This document shows positions 14,279-23,541 of a stretch of 24,670 bases of DNA, piece after piece; positions within the stretch are counted from its first letter, which is position 1, and each line of letters begins with the position of its first letter. The stretch covers positions 1 to 24,670 of the forward strand of contig JASFYY010000016.1 in the NCBI GenBank assembly GCA_045046875.1, read 5' to 3'. This DNA is from Verrucomicrobiota bacterium. Lineage in GTDB: Bacteria; Verrucomicrobiota; Verrucomicrobiia; Verrucomicrobiales; DEV007. Made by a program: the position numbers and the translations under genes. The notes beneath the pieces were generated by a model. That model saw only the letters and a list, made by a program, of their open reading frames with translations. It made no database searches and was not told where the DNA came from.

Positions 14279-17200
14279 TTATTTGCGGTTTCCGCCGATG
14301 AGACGGTAAATGACGGGTGTGGCGATGAGTGAGAAAAGAATGGAAATACAGAGCGCGCCGATGATGCCAATAGCGAGAGGGCGGAGCATATCCGCTCCGT
14401 GGCCGATGCCCCAGGCGAGCGGAGCCATCGCCAGTACGGTGGAGAGTGAAGTCATCAGGATGGGGCGGAACCGGCGGTGACCGGACCGGATGAGGGCCTC
14501 GTCGAGGCTGACCCCTTCAGCTAAATGGTGATCGACAAGGTCGAGCATGAGGATGCCGTTTTTTGCCACGATGCCGACGCCGATGATGGCTCCCAGAAAG
14601 CTGACGATGTTCAGGGTGGTGCCGGTGACTTGTAGGGCACCCAGGGTTCCAATCAGGGCGAGCACGGAGCCGAGCACTATGGCGATCGGCTCACGGAAGG
14701 ATCGGAATTCGATCAGTAAAACGGTGAAAACCAGGACGATGCCGAGGCAGAGTACAACCAGTAGGTTGTGGAAACTCTGCTGTTGTTGTTCGTAAAGTCC
14801 TCCGTAACTGATGGTGCCGGGAGGAATGGATGGGTCGGCATCGAGCACTTTTTTGATCTCGGCAATGCCACTTCCGAGATCGCGGTCTTCGAATGAGGCA
14901 GTGACAGCGACCAGCTGGCGCAGGTCTTCGCGGTTGAGTTCGAGTTGCCCGCTTTTTTCGGTGATGTCGGCAACTTGTCCCAGGCTGATGATATTACCCG
15001 CAGGGGTGCGCAGTGGCAGGTCGCGGAATTGGTCGCTTTGTTTGATGGCGCTGGCTTCACCCAGCACCCGGATGTTGACCACTCGGTCATCTTCCAGCAC
15101 GGAAGATGCGGTGCGACCGAGCATGGAGGTGTTGACGGCAGCGGCGATATCCTCACTGGTCAGGCCGTGGCGCAGCGCATCGAGTGGACGAATTCGAAAG
15201 TTGATGGTGGGGCCGGTCATCTTGAGTCCGTCGTTGGTATCGACCACGCCGCGGACTCCTTCGATGGCTTCCATGATTTCGGGGGCTTTTTTCATCAACC
15301 AGGCGGTGTCGTTGGAAAAAAGTTTCACCTCGACGGGGTCAGGAGACCAGGTGAGATCACCGATGAGGTCGCCGAGGATGCCGGGGAACTCCCATTCGAC
15401 CGCGGGTACCGCTTCGTTGATTTTGCGTCTTAATTCCTGTTTCACTTCTTCGGTGCTGCGGCTTCGATCGGTGCGAAGTTTGACAAGAAAATCCCCCTTG
15501 TTGGGTTCGGCGATTGCCAGAGCGAGGCGGGCTCCGGTGCGGCGGGAATAACCTTCGACCTCGGGCGTGGCGCGTAGGATGGCTTCGGCTTGTTGCATCA
15601 TGCGGTCGGTTTCCTCGAGGCTGGTGCCCCAGGGAGTGAGGCAATCGATGACAAATCCCCCTTCGTCCATATCGGGCATGAACCCGGTGGGAAGATTTTG
15701 GTAAATTTTAGCTCCACTGGCTCCCACCGCGAGGATGGCGATCAGGGCTAGCCAGCGCAAGCGTAGTGCAATACGCAGCGAGCCGTCGAAAAGGCGGAGG
15801 ATGGGGCGCAGCAGGAAACCTCCTTCATCAGCATGGGAGGCGGTTTTGGATTTACTGCGCTCGCGGAGGAAAATAGATGCGAGGGCGGGAGTCAAAGTAA
15901 CCGCCAGGACGAGCGAGGTGAGCAGTGCCACCACCATGGTCAGGGCAAGGGCGCGGAAGAAGACTCCGGCGAGTCCGTCGAGAAAGGCGAGCGGAATGAA
16001 AACGACGACAGGTGTCAGGGTAGATGCGATCAAGGGTTGCAGGATGTCGTGCATGCCTGCTTGGATCGCTTCGAAGCGGGGTTTCCCCTGGGTGATTCTG
16101 GCGTAGATCGCTTCGACGACAACAATGGCATCATCGATGATGAGGCCGATGGCTGCGGCGATTCCGCCCAGGGTCATGAGATTGAATGTCATGTCTGCGG
16201 CAAGCATCACGGCAACGGTGGCGAGTACGGAGACAGGAATAACAACGATGGCGGTGAGCACACTGCCCCAGTTTTTAAGGAAGGCGTAGAGGATGAGGAC
16301 GGCAAAGAGCAGGCCGATGAAGATGGCTTCCCAGACACTGTCCACTGACTCTTTCACTAACAGGGACTGGTCGTAGTAAAATGAGAGCTCGATATCCGGT
16401 GGCAGAGTCTTGCGCAAATCGGTGAGCTGGGATTTGATGTCTTCAGCTATCTGCAATACGTTGCTGCCGGAGGGTTGGGCGCGAATGTTCAGCAACACGG
16501 CGCGTTGCCCCTGGGCGCTGACGATGTTGAAGGCGGGTTCGGGTGCGCGTTCGACATGGGCAAAATCGTGGATGTGAACCGGATGCCCGTCGCGAATGGT
16601 GATCACAAAATTTTCGATTTCCTCGATATTTCTGAGCCGTCCATCTACGACCGCGAGGTAGATGGTGTAGTTCTCCATGTGAAAGCCCGCTGGAGAGATG
16701 AGGCTGTTTTTCTCCAGGGATGTTGTGACGTCAGTGAGAGAGAGATTGACGGCAGCGAGTTTGAGTGGGTCAACCACCACATGGTATTCCGGTGTTCGAC
16801 TGCCCACCAGATCAACTCGGGCGATTCCGGGGATGCGGAGGAATCGGGGTTTGATGTCATAACGGGCGAGATCCGATAGTTCGGTGATGTTGCGTGTCGG
16901 GCTGGTAAGGCTAACGCCGATGACGGGAAATGCGTTGAAGGTCAATCGCCAGACAGTGGTTTTCGCCGTAGCGGGTAGATTGGCTTTGAGCTGGGAGACG
17001 CGGTTGAGAACGTAGAGTTCGCTCTCAACCATGTCGGTTTGCCAGTTGAAGAAGATGTTGACTTCGGCAGCGCCCCGGCCAGTAGCGGACCGAACCTGAA
17101 CCACCCCCGGAATGTCTTTCATCGCTTCTTCGATCGGTCGGGTGATGGTGGCCATCATTTCGTCGGCGGGCATGACGCCGTTGTCGATGAGGATGACTAC

Positions 17201-17368
17201 GCGGGGGAAATTGGTTTCCGGAAAAACCGAGGAAGGCATGCGTCGCGAGGCATAAATACCAGCGATGCAGATGGCGATGGTGATGAAGATGATGGCGAGA
17301 CGGTGGCGGATGGCAAAACCACCCATGGCGTTACCTTCTGCTGCTGCCAGTTCGTCGAGTTTCATCAT
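14279..17368 (-). CDS. RND efflux transporter permease subunit (AcrB/CusA/CzcA superfamily)
   Basis: 1029 aa; FPETNFPRV, ITRPIEEA, IGLIIDDAIVVVE (TM4), DEGG, IVAKNGIL, RFRPILMTS. Confidence 0.96.
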   Translation of the reverse strand: MMKLDELAAAEGNAMGGFAIRHRLAIIFITIAICIAGIYASRRMPSSVFPETNFPRVVILIDNGVMPADEMMATITRPIEEAMKDIPGVVQVRSATGRGAAEVNIFFNWQTDMVESELYVLNRVSQLKANLPATAKTTVWRLTFNAFPVIGVSLTSPTRNITELSDLARYDIKPRFLRIPGIARVDLVGSRTPEYHVVVDPLKLAAVNLSLTDVTTSLEKNSLISPAGFHMENYTIYLAVVDGRLRNIEEIENFVITIRDGHPVHIHDFAHVERAPEPAFNIVSAQGQRAVLLNIRAQPSGSNVLQIAEDIKSQLTDLRKTLPPDIELSFYYDQSLLVKESVDSVWEAIFIGLLFAVLILYAFLKNWGSVLTAIVVIPVSVLATVAVMLAADMTFNLMTLGGIAAAIGLIIDDAIVVVEAIYARITQGKPRFEAIQAGMHDILQPLIASTLTPVVVFIPLAFLDGLAGVFFRALALTMVVALLTSLVLAVTLTPALASIFLRERSKSKTASHADEGGFLLRPILRLFDGSLRIALRLRWLALIAILAVGASGAKIYQNLPTGFMPDMDEGGFVIDCLTPWGTSLEETDRMMQQAEAILRATPEVEGYSRRTGARLALAIAEPNKGDFLVKLRTDRSRSTEEVKQELRRKINEAVPAVEWEFPGILGDLIGDLTWSPDPVEVKLFSNDTAWLMKKAPEIMEAIEGVRGVVDTNDGLKMTGPTINFRIRPLDALRHGLTSEDIAAAVNTSMLGRTASSVLEDDRVVNIRVLGEASAIKQSDQFRDLPLRTPAGNIISLGQVADITEKSGQLELNREDLRQLVAVTASFEDRDLGSGIAEIKKVLDADPSIPPGTISYGGLYEQQQQSFHNLLVVLCLGIVLVFTVLLIEFRSFREPIAIVLGSVLALIGTLGALQVTGTTLNIVSFLGAIIGVGIVAKNGILMLDLVDHHLAEGVSLDEALIRSGHRRFRPILMTSLSTVLAMAPLAWGIGHGADMLRPLAIGIIGALCISILFSLIATPVIYRLIGGNRK

Positions 17369-17392
17369 CTGTTAAATCAAAAATTGTTGCGG

Positions 17393-18451
17393 TTACTTCG
17401 CAGAAGAGTGGATTTTTGTATGGTCCGGTAAGGCGTAAGAGCCTGTTGTGATGACGGTCACCCCCTCGTTTATACCCTCGCCTTCCACTTCGATGAGCTG
17501 GCCATCACGCAGGCCGGTCTTGACACTCATTTGTTTGCTGGTCCCATTGCTGACGATGGAAAGTGTGCTGTTGCCCTTGTGATCGGTGTGGATCGCTTCG
17601 CGGGGAACCGCGAGGCATTGGGGTTTCTCTTGTATAATAATAGAGGCCGCGACAAATTGCCCGGGACGCAGCGGGCTTTTTTTCGCCAGGGTAAGACGCG
17701 TGGAAATAGTATTGGTCAAGGGATTGATCTGTGGGCTGATGAAAGATACCGAAGCTTTAGTGGGAGATTCTTTGCCAGAGATACGCAGCAGAGCCTGTTG
17801 CCCGTTTTTTAATTCGGCAACGTCATTGCGAGGCACGCGGATGATGGCGACGAGGTGATTCAAGTCAACAATTTCTGCCAATACTGTGGCGGGGTCAGCG
17901 GCTTCACCGATGCGCGCTGAAAATTTCGTCAGGACACCGGATATCGGGGCATAAGCGTGAAGCAGGGATAAGTTCACTTTTGCGGTGGCGAGTTCAGTTT
18001 GTGCTTCAGTGAGAGCCTGCTCAGCAAGCAGGAGATTTTTTTTCGAAGTGCCCTCGGCTTTGATCAAAATTCTTTGGCGCTCAGCATTTTTCAAAGCAAA
18101 ATCCACCGTCATTTTGGTTTTGGTAAGAGCTGCTTGGGCGACGCGACTGTCGAGTTGAAAGAGCAGGTCGCCTTTGTTGACGGTTTGCCCTTCGATGCCA
18201 TTGGCTTCGGTGATGATGCCCGCCAGAGCCGGGGACAGTCGGGCAATTGCGGCGGGATGCCCTTTGACTGCGGGTTCTGGTGCAATAATCCCATAAGCGG
18301 TGATGCGACGACGCAGGGTGGTGCGGATCACTTTTGCCGTTTGCACTTCAACTCCTGGAGAGGAAGAGGTGCCCTCGATACTCTGTGCATGAGAGGTTGG
18401 ATTGGTTATCCAGGTGAGGATAAAAGTTATAATAAGTGTGGGTGCTTTCAT
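17393..18451 (-). CDS. RND periplasmic adaptor (membrane fusion protein)
   Basis: Lipoyl halves (AGIITE..GQTVNKGDLLFQLD; APISGVL), helical hairpin, LRPGQFV, LAVPREA, VKTGLRDG; lies between the TolC and RND genes. Confidence 0.93.
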   Translation of the reverse strand: MKAPTLIITFILTWITNPTSHAQSIEGTSSSPGVEVQTAKVIRTTLRRRITAYGIIAPEPAVKGHPAAIARLSPALAGIITEANGIEGQTVNKGDLLFQLDSRVAQAALTKTKMTVDFALKNAERQRILIKAEGTSKKNLLLAEQALTEAQTELATAKVNLSLLHAYAPISGVLTKFSARIGEAADPATVLAEIVDLNHLVAIIRVPRNDVAELKNGQQALLRISGKESPTKASVSFISPQINPLTNTISTRLTLAKKSPLRPGQFVAASIIIQEKPQCLAVPREAIHTDHKGNSTLSIVSNGTSKQMSVKTGLRDGQLIEVEGEGINEGVTVITTGSYALPDHTKIHSSAK

Positions 18452-18469
18452 TTCAACTTGAAGCAGGGG

Positions 18470-19813
18470 TTATTTTACTTTTTGATTTGGAATCTGCACG
18501 GCGGCCTCCAGATCACCGAGGGCTTGCTGGGCTTCGGTGAGAGCCCTTACCAGGCCAAGGGCGGCGGCGGCGGTTTCGATCCGCCGTCGAGTTAATTCGA
18601 GTGGAGCGAGTTCTCCGAGTTCGACCATACGCCGGGTGGTCTCGCCGGCGTGCTCGGCTTCTTCGGAGAGTTTGGTAGCGGTTTTAACTTTATCACGAGT
18701 AGTGCGGTAGGCAGCGGTGGCGAGTTCGATTTCGCCAAAAACAGCCGCTTGTTTGAATTCGAATATCTCTGCGGCTTTTTTTCGTCGGGCTTCAGCCTCG
18801 GCGACCGGCCCATGATTTTGATGAAAAATGGGTAATTCCACTTGGGAACCGAGTAACCATTTGTTTTCGGATTGGTCAAATTCGTATCCAGGTTGGAGTT
18901 GCAGATTGGGGTATTGACGGGCAACTGTCAGTCGTAAGCCGGCGTCGGCAGCGGCGTAATCAGCGAGGGCAGCCAGCAGGTCGGCGCGATTAGTTAGAGC
19001 AAGTCGTCGTGCGGTTTTTCCGGGATCCGGCGGTAGGGATTTGAAGACTGAAAAATCGAGAGTTACTTTGTTGAGTGCGGAGGAAGGGATTCCGATCGCT
19101 GTTGCGAGCCGAGCGAATGCGGTGGCTCTCAGTTTTTCAGCGTCATGTTGCGCCAGTCGGGCTCTGTTGAGGGAGAGGCGTGCCTGGTTGGATTCAAAGG
19201 CGGAGGATTCTCCTGCTTCCACCATTAACTGGAGTTTTTTCAGTTCGTCCTCGCTTAACAGTTGTATCGTTTGCAGTTGGTTGCCGATTTGGCGTGCAGC
19301 GTAGAGATCGAGCATCGCGGTGCGGACGGTTTGACGAATGGTCCAGGCAATGGCGGCTACGCGCAGTCGGGCGGCTTCTGTTTGTGCACGAGCTTGGGTG
19401 ATTCGTAAGTCGCGTTTACCAGCCGTCTCAATGATCACTTTCAACGTGGGGGTGATAAGCCAGGGGGAGATGCCGCTGCTTGTCGAATTGTAACCGGGGG
19501 AGAATGATAAGATGGGGTTAGGTCTTTGTCCGGCCGTTTCGACCCGTGCGGCGATTTCATCTTGTTCAGCTTTTGCCACGGCGATGCTTCCATGGAAAAA
19601 GGTCGCGGCGAGGGCGAGCCGGTCGGGTGTCCAGCTGCCGTGAGCGGCGTTTTGGGAATTGAGAAAACTTTGCAGTTCTTTGTCGTGCAGGGTTCTTGAG
19701 GTGAAACCTTTTGCCGAACTTTCGGGTAACAGAGCTTGCTCATGGTAGGAAACGCAGGCGCTTGGCCCTGATAGGGCTACGAATATCAGCAAAAGTAGAA
19801 AGGGTTTTTGCAT
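18470..19813 (-). CDS. TolC-family outer membrane efflux protein, possibly a lipoprotein
   Basis: Start MQKPFLLL with ..PSAC lipobox-like signal; QRPNP, ETAGKRDLR, NRADL, QYPNL, ELPIFHQNHGP. Confidence 0.9.
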   Translation of the reverse strand: MQKPFLLLLIFVALSGPSACVSYHEQALLPESSAKGFTSRTLHDKELQSFLNSQNAAHGSWTPDRLALAATFFHGSIAVAKAEQDEIAARVETAGQRPNPILSFSPGYNSTSSGISPWLITPTLKVIIETAGKRDLRITQARAQTEAARLRVAAIAWTIRQTVRTAMLDLYAARQIGNQLQTIQLLSEDELKKLQLMVEAGESSAFESNQARLSLNRARLAQHDAEKLRATAFARLATAIGIPSSALNKVTLDFSVFKSLPPDPGKTARRLALTNRADLLAALADYAAADAGLRLTVARQYPNLQLQPGYEFDQSENKWLLGSQVELPIFHQNHGPVAEAEARRKKAAEIFEFKQAAVFGEIELATAAYRTTRDKVKTATKLSEEAEHAGETTRRMVELGELAPLELTRRRIETAAAALGLVRALTEAQQALGDLEAAVQIPNQKVK

Positions 19814-19873
19814 GCGATTCAGAAACAAGGCAATATGGAAAATAATAATAGTGGAGGATTGATGAGAGCTCCC

Positions 19874-19906
19874 ACTATAGCCATGAGAGATTACCGAAAG
19901 GTTATT
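19874..19906 (-). promoter_or_regulatory. Putative response-regulator box plus -10 (AATAAC-CTTTC-GGTAAT, N10, TATAGT) for the tolC-MFP-RND operon
   Basis: Box at 19906-19890, -10 at 19879-19874; mirror image of the site at 19953-19985. Confidence 0.65.
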
Positions 19907-19952
19907 GAATGGCGTCTAAATCATGTATCAGGATAAAAAATGACGCTGTTTT

Positions 19953-19985
19953 GGTAATCTTTCGGTAATGTGGAGGAGTTATCGT
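19953..19985 (+). promoter_or_regulatory. Putative response-regulator box plus -10 (GGTAAT-CTTTC-GGTAAT, N10, TATCGT) for the two-component operon
   Basis: 11-bp-period direct repeat at 19953 and 19964; -10 at 19980-19985; pho-box-like geometry. Confidence 0.65.
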
Positions 19986-20004
19986 TTAATGTTACTATTG
20001 CTTT

Positions 20005-20679
20005 ATGCGCATTTTATATGTCGAAGATTCAGGCTCACTCAGAGAGTCCGTTTCCCGGGGGCTCAAAAGGGAAGGCTTCAGCGTGGATTTGGCTGAGGAC
20101 GGAGAGCAGGGATTGGATGCCGCATTGGAGGTGACATATGATGTGATTATTCTGGACGTCATGTTGCCAACCATGGATGGCTTTGAAGTTCTGCGAGAAC
20201 TACGAAAAGCGGGCATTGATAGTCAGGTTCTCATGTTGACGGCGCGAGTGGCGATTGAGGATCGAGTTCATGGCTTGGAATCAGGGGCGGACGATTACCT
20301 GGTGAAACCTTTTGCCTGGACGGAGTTGTTGGCGAGGGTTCGTAAGCTCGTTCGTCACCGCTACGGTCAACAGTCCAAGCACTTGAATATTGGGGATCTA
20401 TTGCTCGATACCCAGGCTGGACGTATTTGGATTAAAGGCAAAGAGCTACGCTTGAGGCCGCGTGAGTTTAGTATTCTTGAATATCTGGCTTTACGAGTTG
20501 GGAAAATTGTATCACGTACAGAATTGACTGAGCACGTTTATGACCATGCTCTTGATTTGAAGAGTAATGCAGTGGACTCCGCGATTTGCAATATCCGTAA
20601 AAAATTGGCAGTGGCAGAGTGTGAAGGCATGATAGATACGGTTCCGCGAAGGGGTTATATGCTGAGGTCTCCAGTTTAA
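20005..20679 (+). CDS. OmpR/PhoB-family response regulator (CusR/CzcR-like)
   Basis: RILYVED, ILDVMLP (phospho-Asp), LMLTAR, GADDYLVKPF; winged-helix IRKKL...IDTVPRRGY. Confidence 0.96.
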   Translation: MRILYVEDSGSLRESVSRGLKREGFSVDLAEDGEQGLDAALEVTYDVIILDVMLPTMDGFEVLRELRKAGIDSQVLMLTARVAIEDRVHGLESGADDYLVKPFAWTELLARVRKLVRHRYGQQSKHLNIGDLLLDTQAGRIWIKGKELRLRPREFSILEYLALRVGKIVSRTELTEHVYDHALDLKSNAVDSAICNIRKKLAVAECEGMIDTVPRRGYMLRSPV

Positions 20680-20681
20680 AC

Positions 20682-22181
20682 ATGATGAATCCCCGGCTAT
20701 CCATTCAGCGTCACCTGGTGCTTTATTTGACAGGTGTCATCAGTGCTCTTTTTGGGCTTAGTTCAGTGGGAGTGTATTTTTTCATGCAGCACGCTTTTTA
20801 TGAGCAGGCTGATAAAAATCTGATGAGAGTGGCAGAGGATTTTATTGCCGAGACAGAGCGCAAGCTGGATGGGGGACTGGAATGTGAGTTTCATGAATTG
20901 AATCTGGAAAACTTTAGAGCGACGGACTCTGGAAACGAGGCGTATTATGAGTTGCGTGATTTTCAGGGCAAATCGCTGATCCGTTCATTATCCCTGAGCG
21001 ACGATGAACATTTGCCCTATCGCCTGGCAGCAGGTGGCGGAAGTAAAATTGAAAACTTTAATCTGCCGGGTCTGGCTTCAGGGCGAATTATTTTTGCTTC
21101 ATTCCCTCTGTTGATCAAGGGGGTGGGCAGCATGACCTCTGAAGCTCTTGCGGGGCAGACTCCTTTGACGACAAGCGAGCAAGCGTTTGTTGAATCGTAT
21201 GATGAGTCTGACGAGAAAAACCGCGTTTTTCTTGTGATCACTGAAAGCACCGACGGCTTGAATCATACTCTTTTTATTCTAGCTTCGGCGCTCGGAATAA
21301 CTGGAATATTGCTTGTGGGCACTACTTTCATGCTCGTGCCAAAGTTGGTTCAGAATGCTTTTCGACCCGTCGTGAAAATCACTCGATTGACCGAGCAAAT
21401 GGAAGCTGATAATTTGCAGTCCAAGCTTCCAAGCGAGCAAGTTCCGATAGAGCTGCAAGCTCTGATCGTTAAATTCAATCAGCTTATCGAACGTCTCGAC
21501 GCAGCCATTCATCGAGAGCGGCGTTTTTCGCTTAACCTGGCGCATGAGCTCAGGACGCCTGTTGCTGAGATTCGTTCGCTGATGGAAGTTGCGGTGGATT
21601 CTTTTGATAAGGATGCGCGGAATGAAGCAAATGAGGTTTGCCGGCAGGGGGCAATGATCAGTCAGCGGATGAGTAAAATAATCGAAGTGCTTACGGCAAT
21701 TCATCAAGGTGAGTCAGAAACGTTTGAGATTAATAACGAACCGTTGTCCATTGACGAGAGCCTTCAAAAAGCTATTGGCACCCTGGACTCAAAAAACCAA
21801 AAACGTGTGCAAGGGGCGGGGCAGGTTTCGAATAGTGGGGAGATCGAATCAGATCCAGGTTTGCTTCGAGCTGTGATCGACAATTTACTAACCAATGCAG
21901 TAGTCCACTCAGCGGTGGATTCGCCTGTCACGGTGAGTAGTCATGCAGATGGGTTTTCCATTACAAACACCGTGAAGGATCTGGAGCAGGCTGACTTGCC
22001 GTTTTTGAAGGAACCGTTCTGGCAACAGGATGCGGCACGCTCTGATCCTGATCGTTTTGGTCTGGGTTTGACTTTGGTGGAGGTTTATCTGCGGTTGCTG
22101 AATGGAGGGATGGAGCACAAGCTTGAGGCAGACAAACTGACTACCAAGGTCACCCTGCCGAAGCAGGTGACTTCGGGTTGA
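20682..22181 (+). CDS. Membrane sensor histidine kinase (2 TM, HAMP, HisKA, HATPase)
   Basis: Two hydrophobic segments; HAMP EL..L...FN.LIERL; LAHELRTP; NLLTNA; FGLGL. Confidence 0.94.
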   Translation: MMNPRLSIQRHLVLYLTGVISALFGLSSVGVYFFMQHAFYEQADKNLMRVAEDFIAETERKLDGGLECEFHELNLENFRATDSGNEAYYELRDFQGKSLIRSLSLSDDEHLPYRLAAGGGSKIENFNLPGLASGRIIFASFPLLIKGVGSMTSEALAGQTPLTTSEQAFVESYDESDEKNRVFLVITESTDGLNHTLFILASALGITGILLVGTTFMLVPKLVQNAFRPVVKITRLTEQMEADNLQSKLPSEQVPIELQALIVKFNQLIERLDAAIHRERRFSLNLAHELRTPVAEIRSLMEVAVDSFDKDARNEANEVCRQGAMISQRMSKIIEVLTAIHQGESETFEINNEPLSIDESLQKAIGTLDSKNQKRVQGAGQVSNSGEIESDPGLLRAVIDNLLTNAVVHSAVDSPVTVSSHADGFSITNTVKDLEQADLPFLKEPFWQQDAARSDPDRFGLGLTLVEVYLRLLNGGMEHKLEADKLTTKVTLPKQVTSG

Positions 22182-22214
22182 CGGCAAGTATTGAATGTGG
22201 TCAAGCGGCTTCAA

Positions 22215-23366
22215 CTAAAAAGCTTTGAGCGTGACCGTCAGGGAGGTGAAGCCGTTGCAGCGTTGGTAAGCGGCTTCGTCTTCAATGAGCGCCTCTTCTT
22301 TGATCACTCGGATGTGGTCAACTTGTTCGGAGAGTTTGCGCAATAGGGTGCGCACTAGCAGTCTGGCATGCGGTGCTCCGAGGCAGAGGTGGGTGCCTGC
22401 TCCAAAAGCAATGTGAGGATTGGGTTTGCGGTCGAGTTGGGTTTCATGGGGATTGTCAAAAACATCTTGGTCGTGGTTGGCGGAAACCCAGCAGAGGGAA
22501 ACCCGGTCATTGGCTTTGGCTTGATAACCGTGTACGTCGGTATCAACGGGGCAGACTCGTCCGATGTGAGTGAGCGGAGATGCTACGCGGAAGTATTCTT
22601 CGGAAGCGAGGTCGATGCGTTTGGGATCTTCGCGGAGGAATTCAAGGGCTTCCGGATGGTGGGCGAGGTGGTGAAAAATAGATGAGACAGTGTGGATGAC
22701 GGTGTCGCGTCCTCCGGCGAAGGTGAGGTTGGCAAAACCAAGCATTTCTTCGTGAGTGAGTGAGCGGCCTTGAAAACTTGCTTGGGTGAGTGCGCTGAAA
22801 AAATCTTCGCCGGGGTTTTTGAGGGCGCGATCAAATTGATCTTCGATGTATTGCTCAAGTCCGTGGCCACTTTTTTCGCCCGACTTGTCACCGAAGACAT
22901 GGATGCCCCAGGAGATCCAGGTGTCGGCTTCCGATTCGGGCAAATTGAGCAGGTGGGTGAGAGCTCGTGATTGCAAGGGCAGTGAGAACTCGCTGACGAT
23001 TTCGACCGACTCCTGATTCATCGCATTTTGAACCAACTGGCCGATGAGAGTATCAATGTTAGCCATGACTTGGGGATCCTTGGCACGCTTGAAAAAAGGT
23101 TCGACGATCTTGCGGTAGTCGGTGTGCTCGGGAGGGTCGGTTTCGATGGGCAGCTGACGCATTCTGCGGAATTCCTCCTCTGATGGAATAGGAATACGGA
23201 AGGGGGCGTCCGAGCTGTAGGTTTTCCAATCCTTGGCTGCCGCCCGGACGTCTGCGTGGCGCAGAATCATGGGGATGTCATCGCCTTGGAATGGGCAGGT
23301 GAGAACGGCATCGTCGCTGCGTTTTTTTTCGAAAGGGTCGTTGCAGGGTGTTTGGGAATCAGACAT
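22215..23366 (-). CDS. Cytochrome P450, CYP236A-like (candidate 6-O-methyl-D-galactose O-demethylase)
   Basis: Start MSDSQTP (CAT at 23364-23366). DPPEH, I-helix FAGGRDT, EEYFR (ExxR), heme motif FGAGTHLCLG. Clade signatures from memory: DPFEK, PSE..R..RQ.P.E.DPP, LQSRALT.LLN, TWISWG.HVF. The P450 call is much firmer than the CYP236A call. Confidence 0.92.
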   Translation of the reverse strand: MSDSQTPCNDPFEKKRSDDAVLTCPFQGDDIPMILRHADVRAAAKDWKTYSSDAPFRIPIPSEEEFRRMRQLPIETDPPEHTDYRKIVEPFFKRAKDPQVMANIDTLIGQLVQNAMNQESVEIVSEFSLPLQSRALTHLLNLPESEADTWISWGIHVFGDKSGEKSGHGLEQYIEDQFDRALKNPGEDFFSALTQASFQGRSLTHEEMLGFANLTFAGGRDTVIHTVSSIFHHLAHHPEALEFLREDPKRIDLASEEYFRVASPLTHIGRVCPVDTDVHGYQAKANDRVSLCWVSANHDQDVFDNPHETQLDRKPNPHIAFGAGTHLCLGAPHARLLVRTLLRKLSEQVDHIRVIKEEALIEDEAAYQRCNGFTSLTVTLKAF

Positions 23367-23448
23367 TTTATTGGATTGGTGATGGGGTGCGGAACGCATG
23401 TCCGACAAGTTGTGGTAGTGGTGGTTTCGTAAGAACCCTAGCCAATCA

Positions 23449-23524
23449 AGGTTATCTCAACTACCTCTTGATTGTCCAATAGTAACAATATTTTGACCAA
23501 ATAAGGGTAAAGATGTTAATATTT
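23449..23524 (-). promoter_or_regulatory. Candidate AraC-type operator and P450 promoter
   Basis: TTGTCCAAT (23472) and TTGACCAAA (23493) repeat at 21-bp period; AATATTT at 23487 and 23518; possible -10 TAACCT (23454-23449) 17 bp from the proximal repeat. Confidence 0.4.
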
Positions 23525-23541
23525 GGGCATAAACATGTGAT

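Noticed and set aside
14547..17431. Plus-strand ORFs up to 246 aa inside the RND gene
   Set aside because: Antisense shadows with no recognisable motifs.
21841..22080. Degenerate G1 box in the kinase (ITNT instead of DxGxG) as a sign of pseudogenisation
   Set aside because: The ORF is intact with H, N and G2 boxes, and N-type G1 variants occur in functional sensors of this class.
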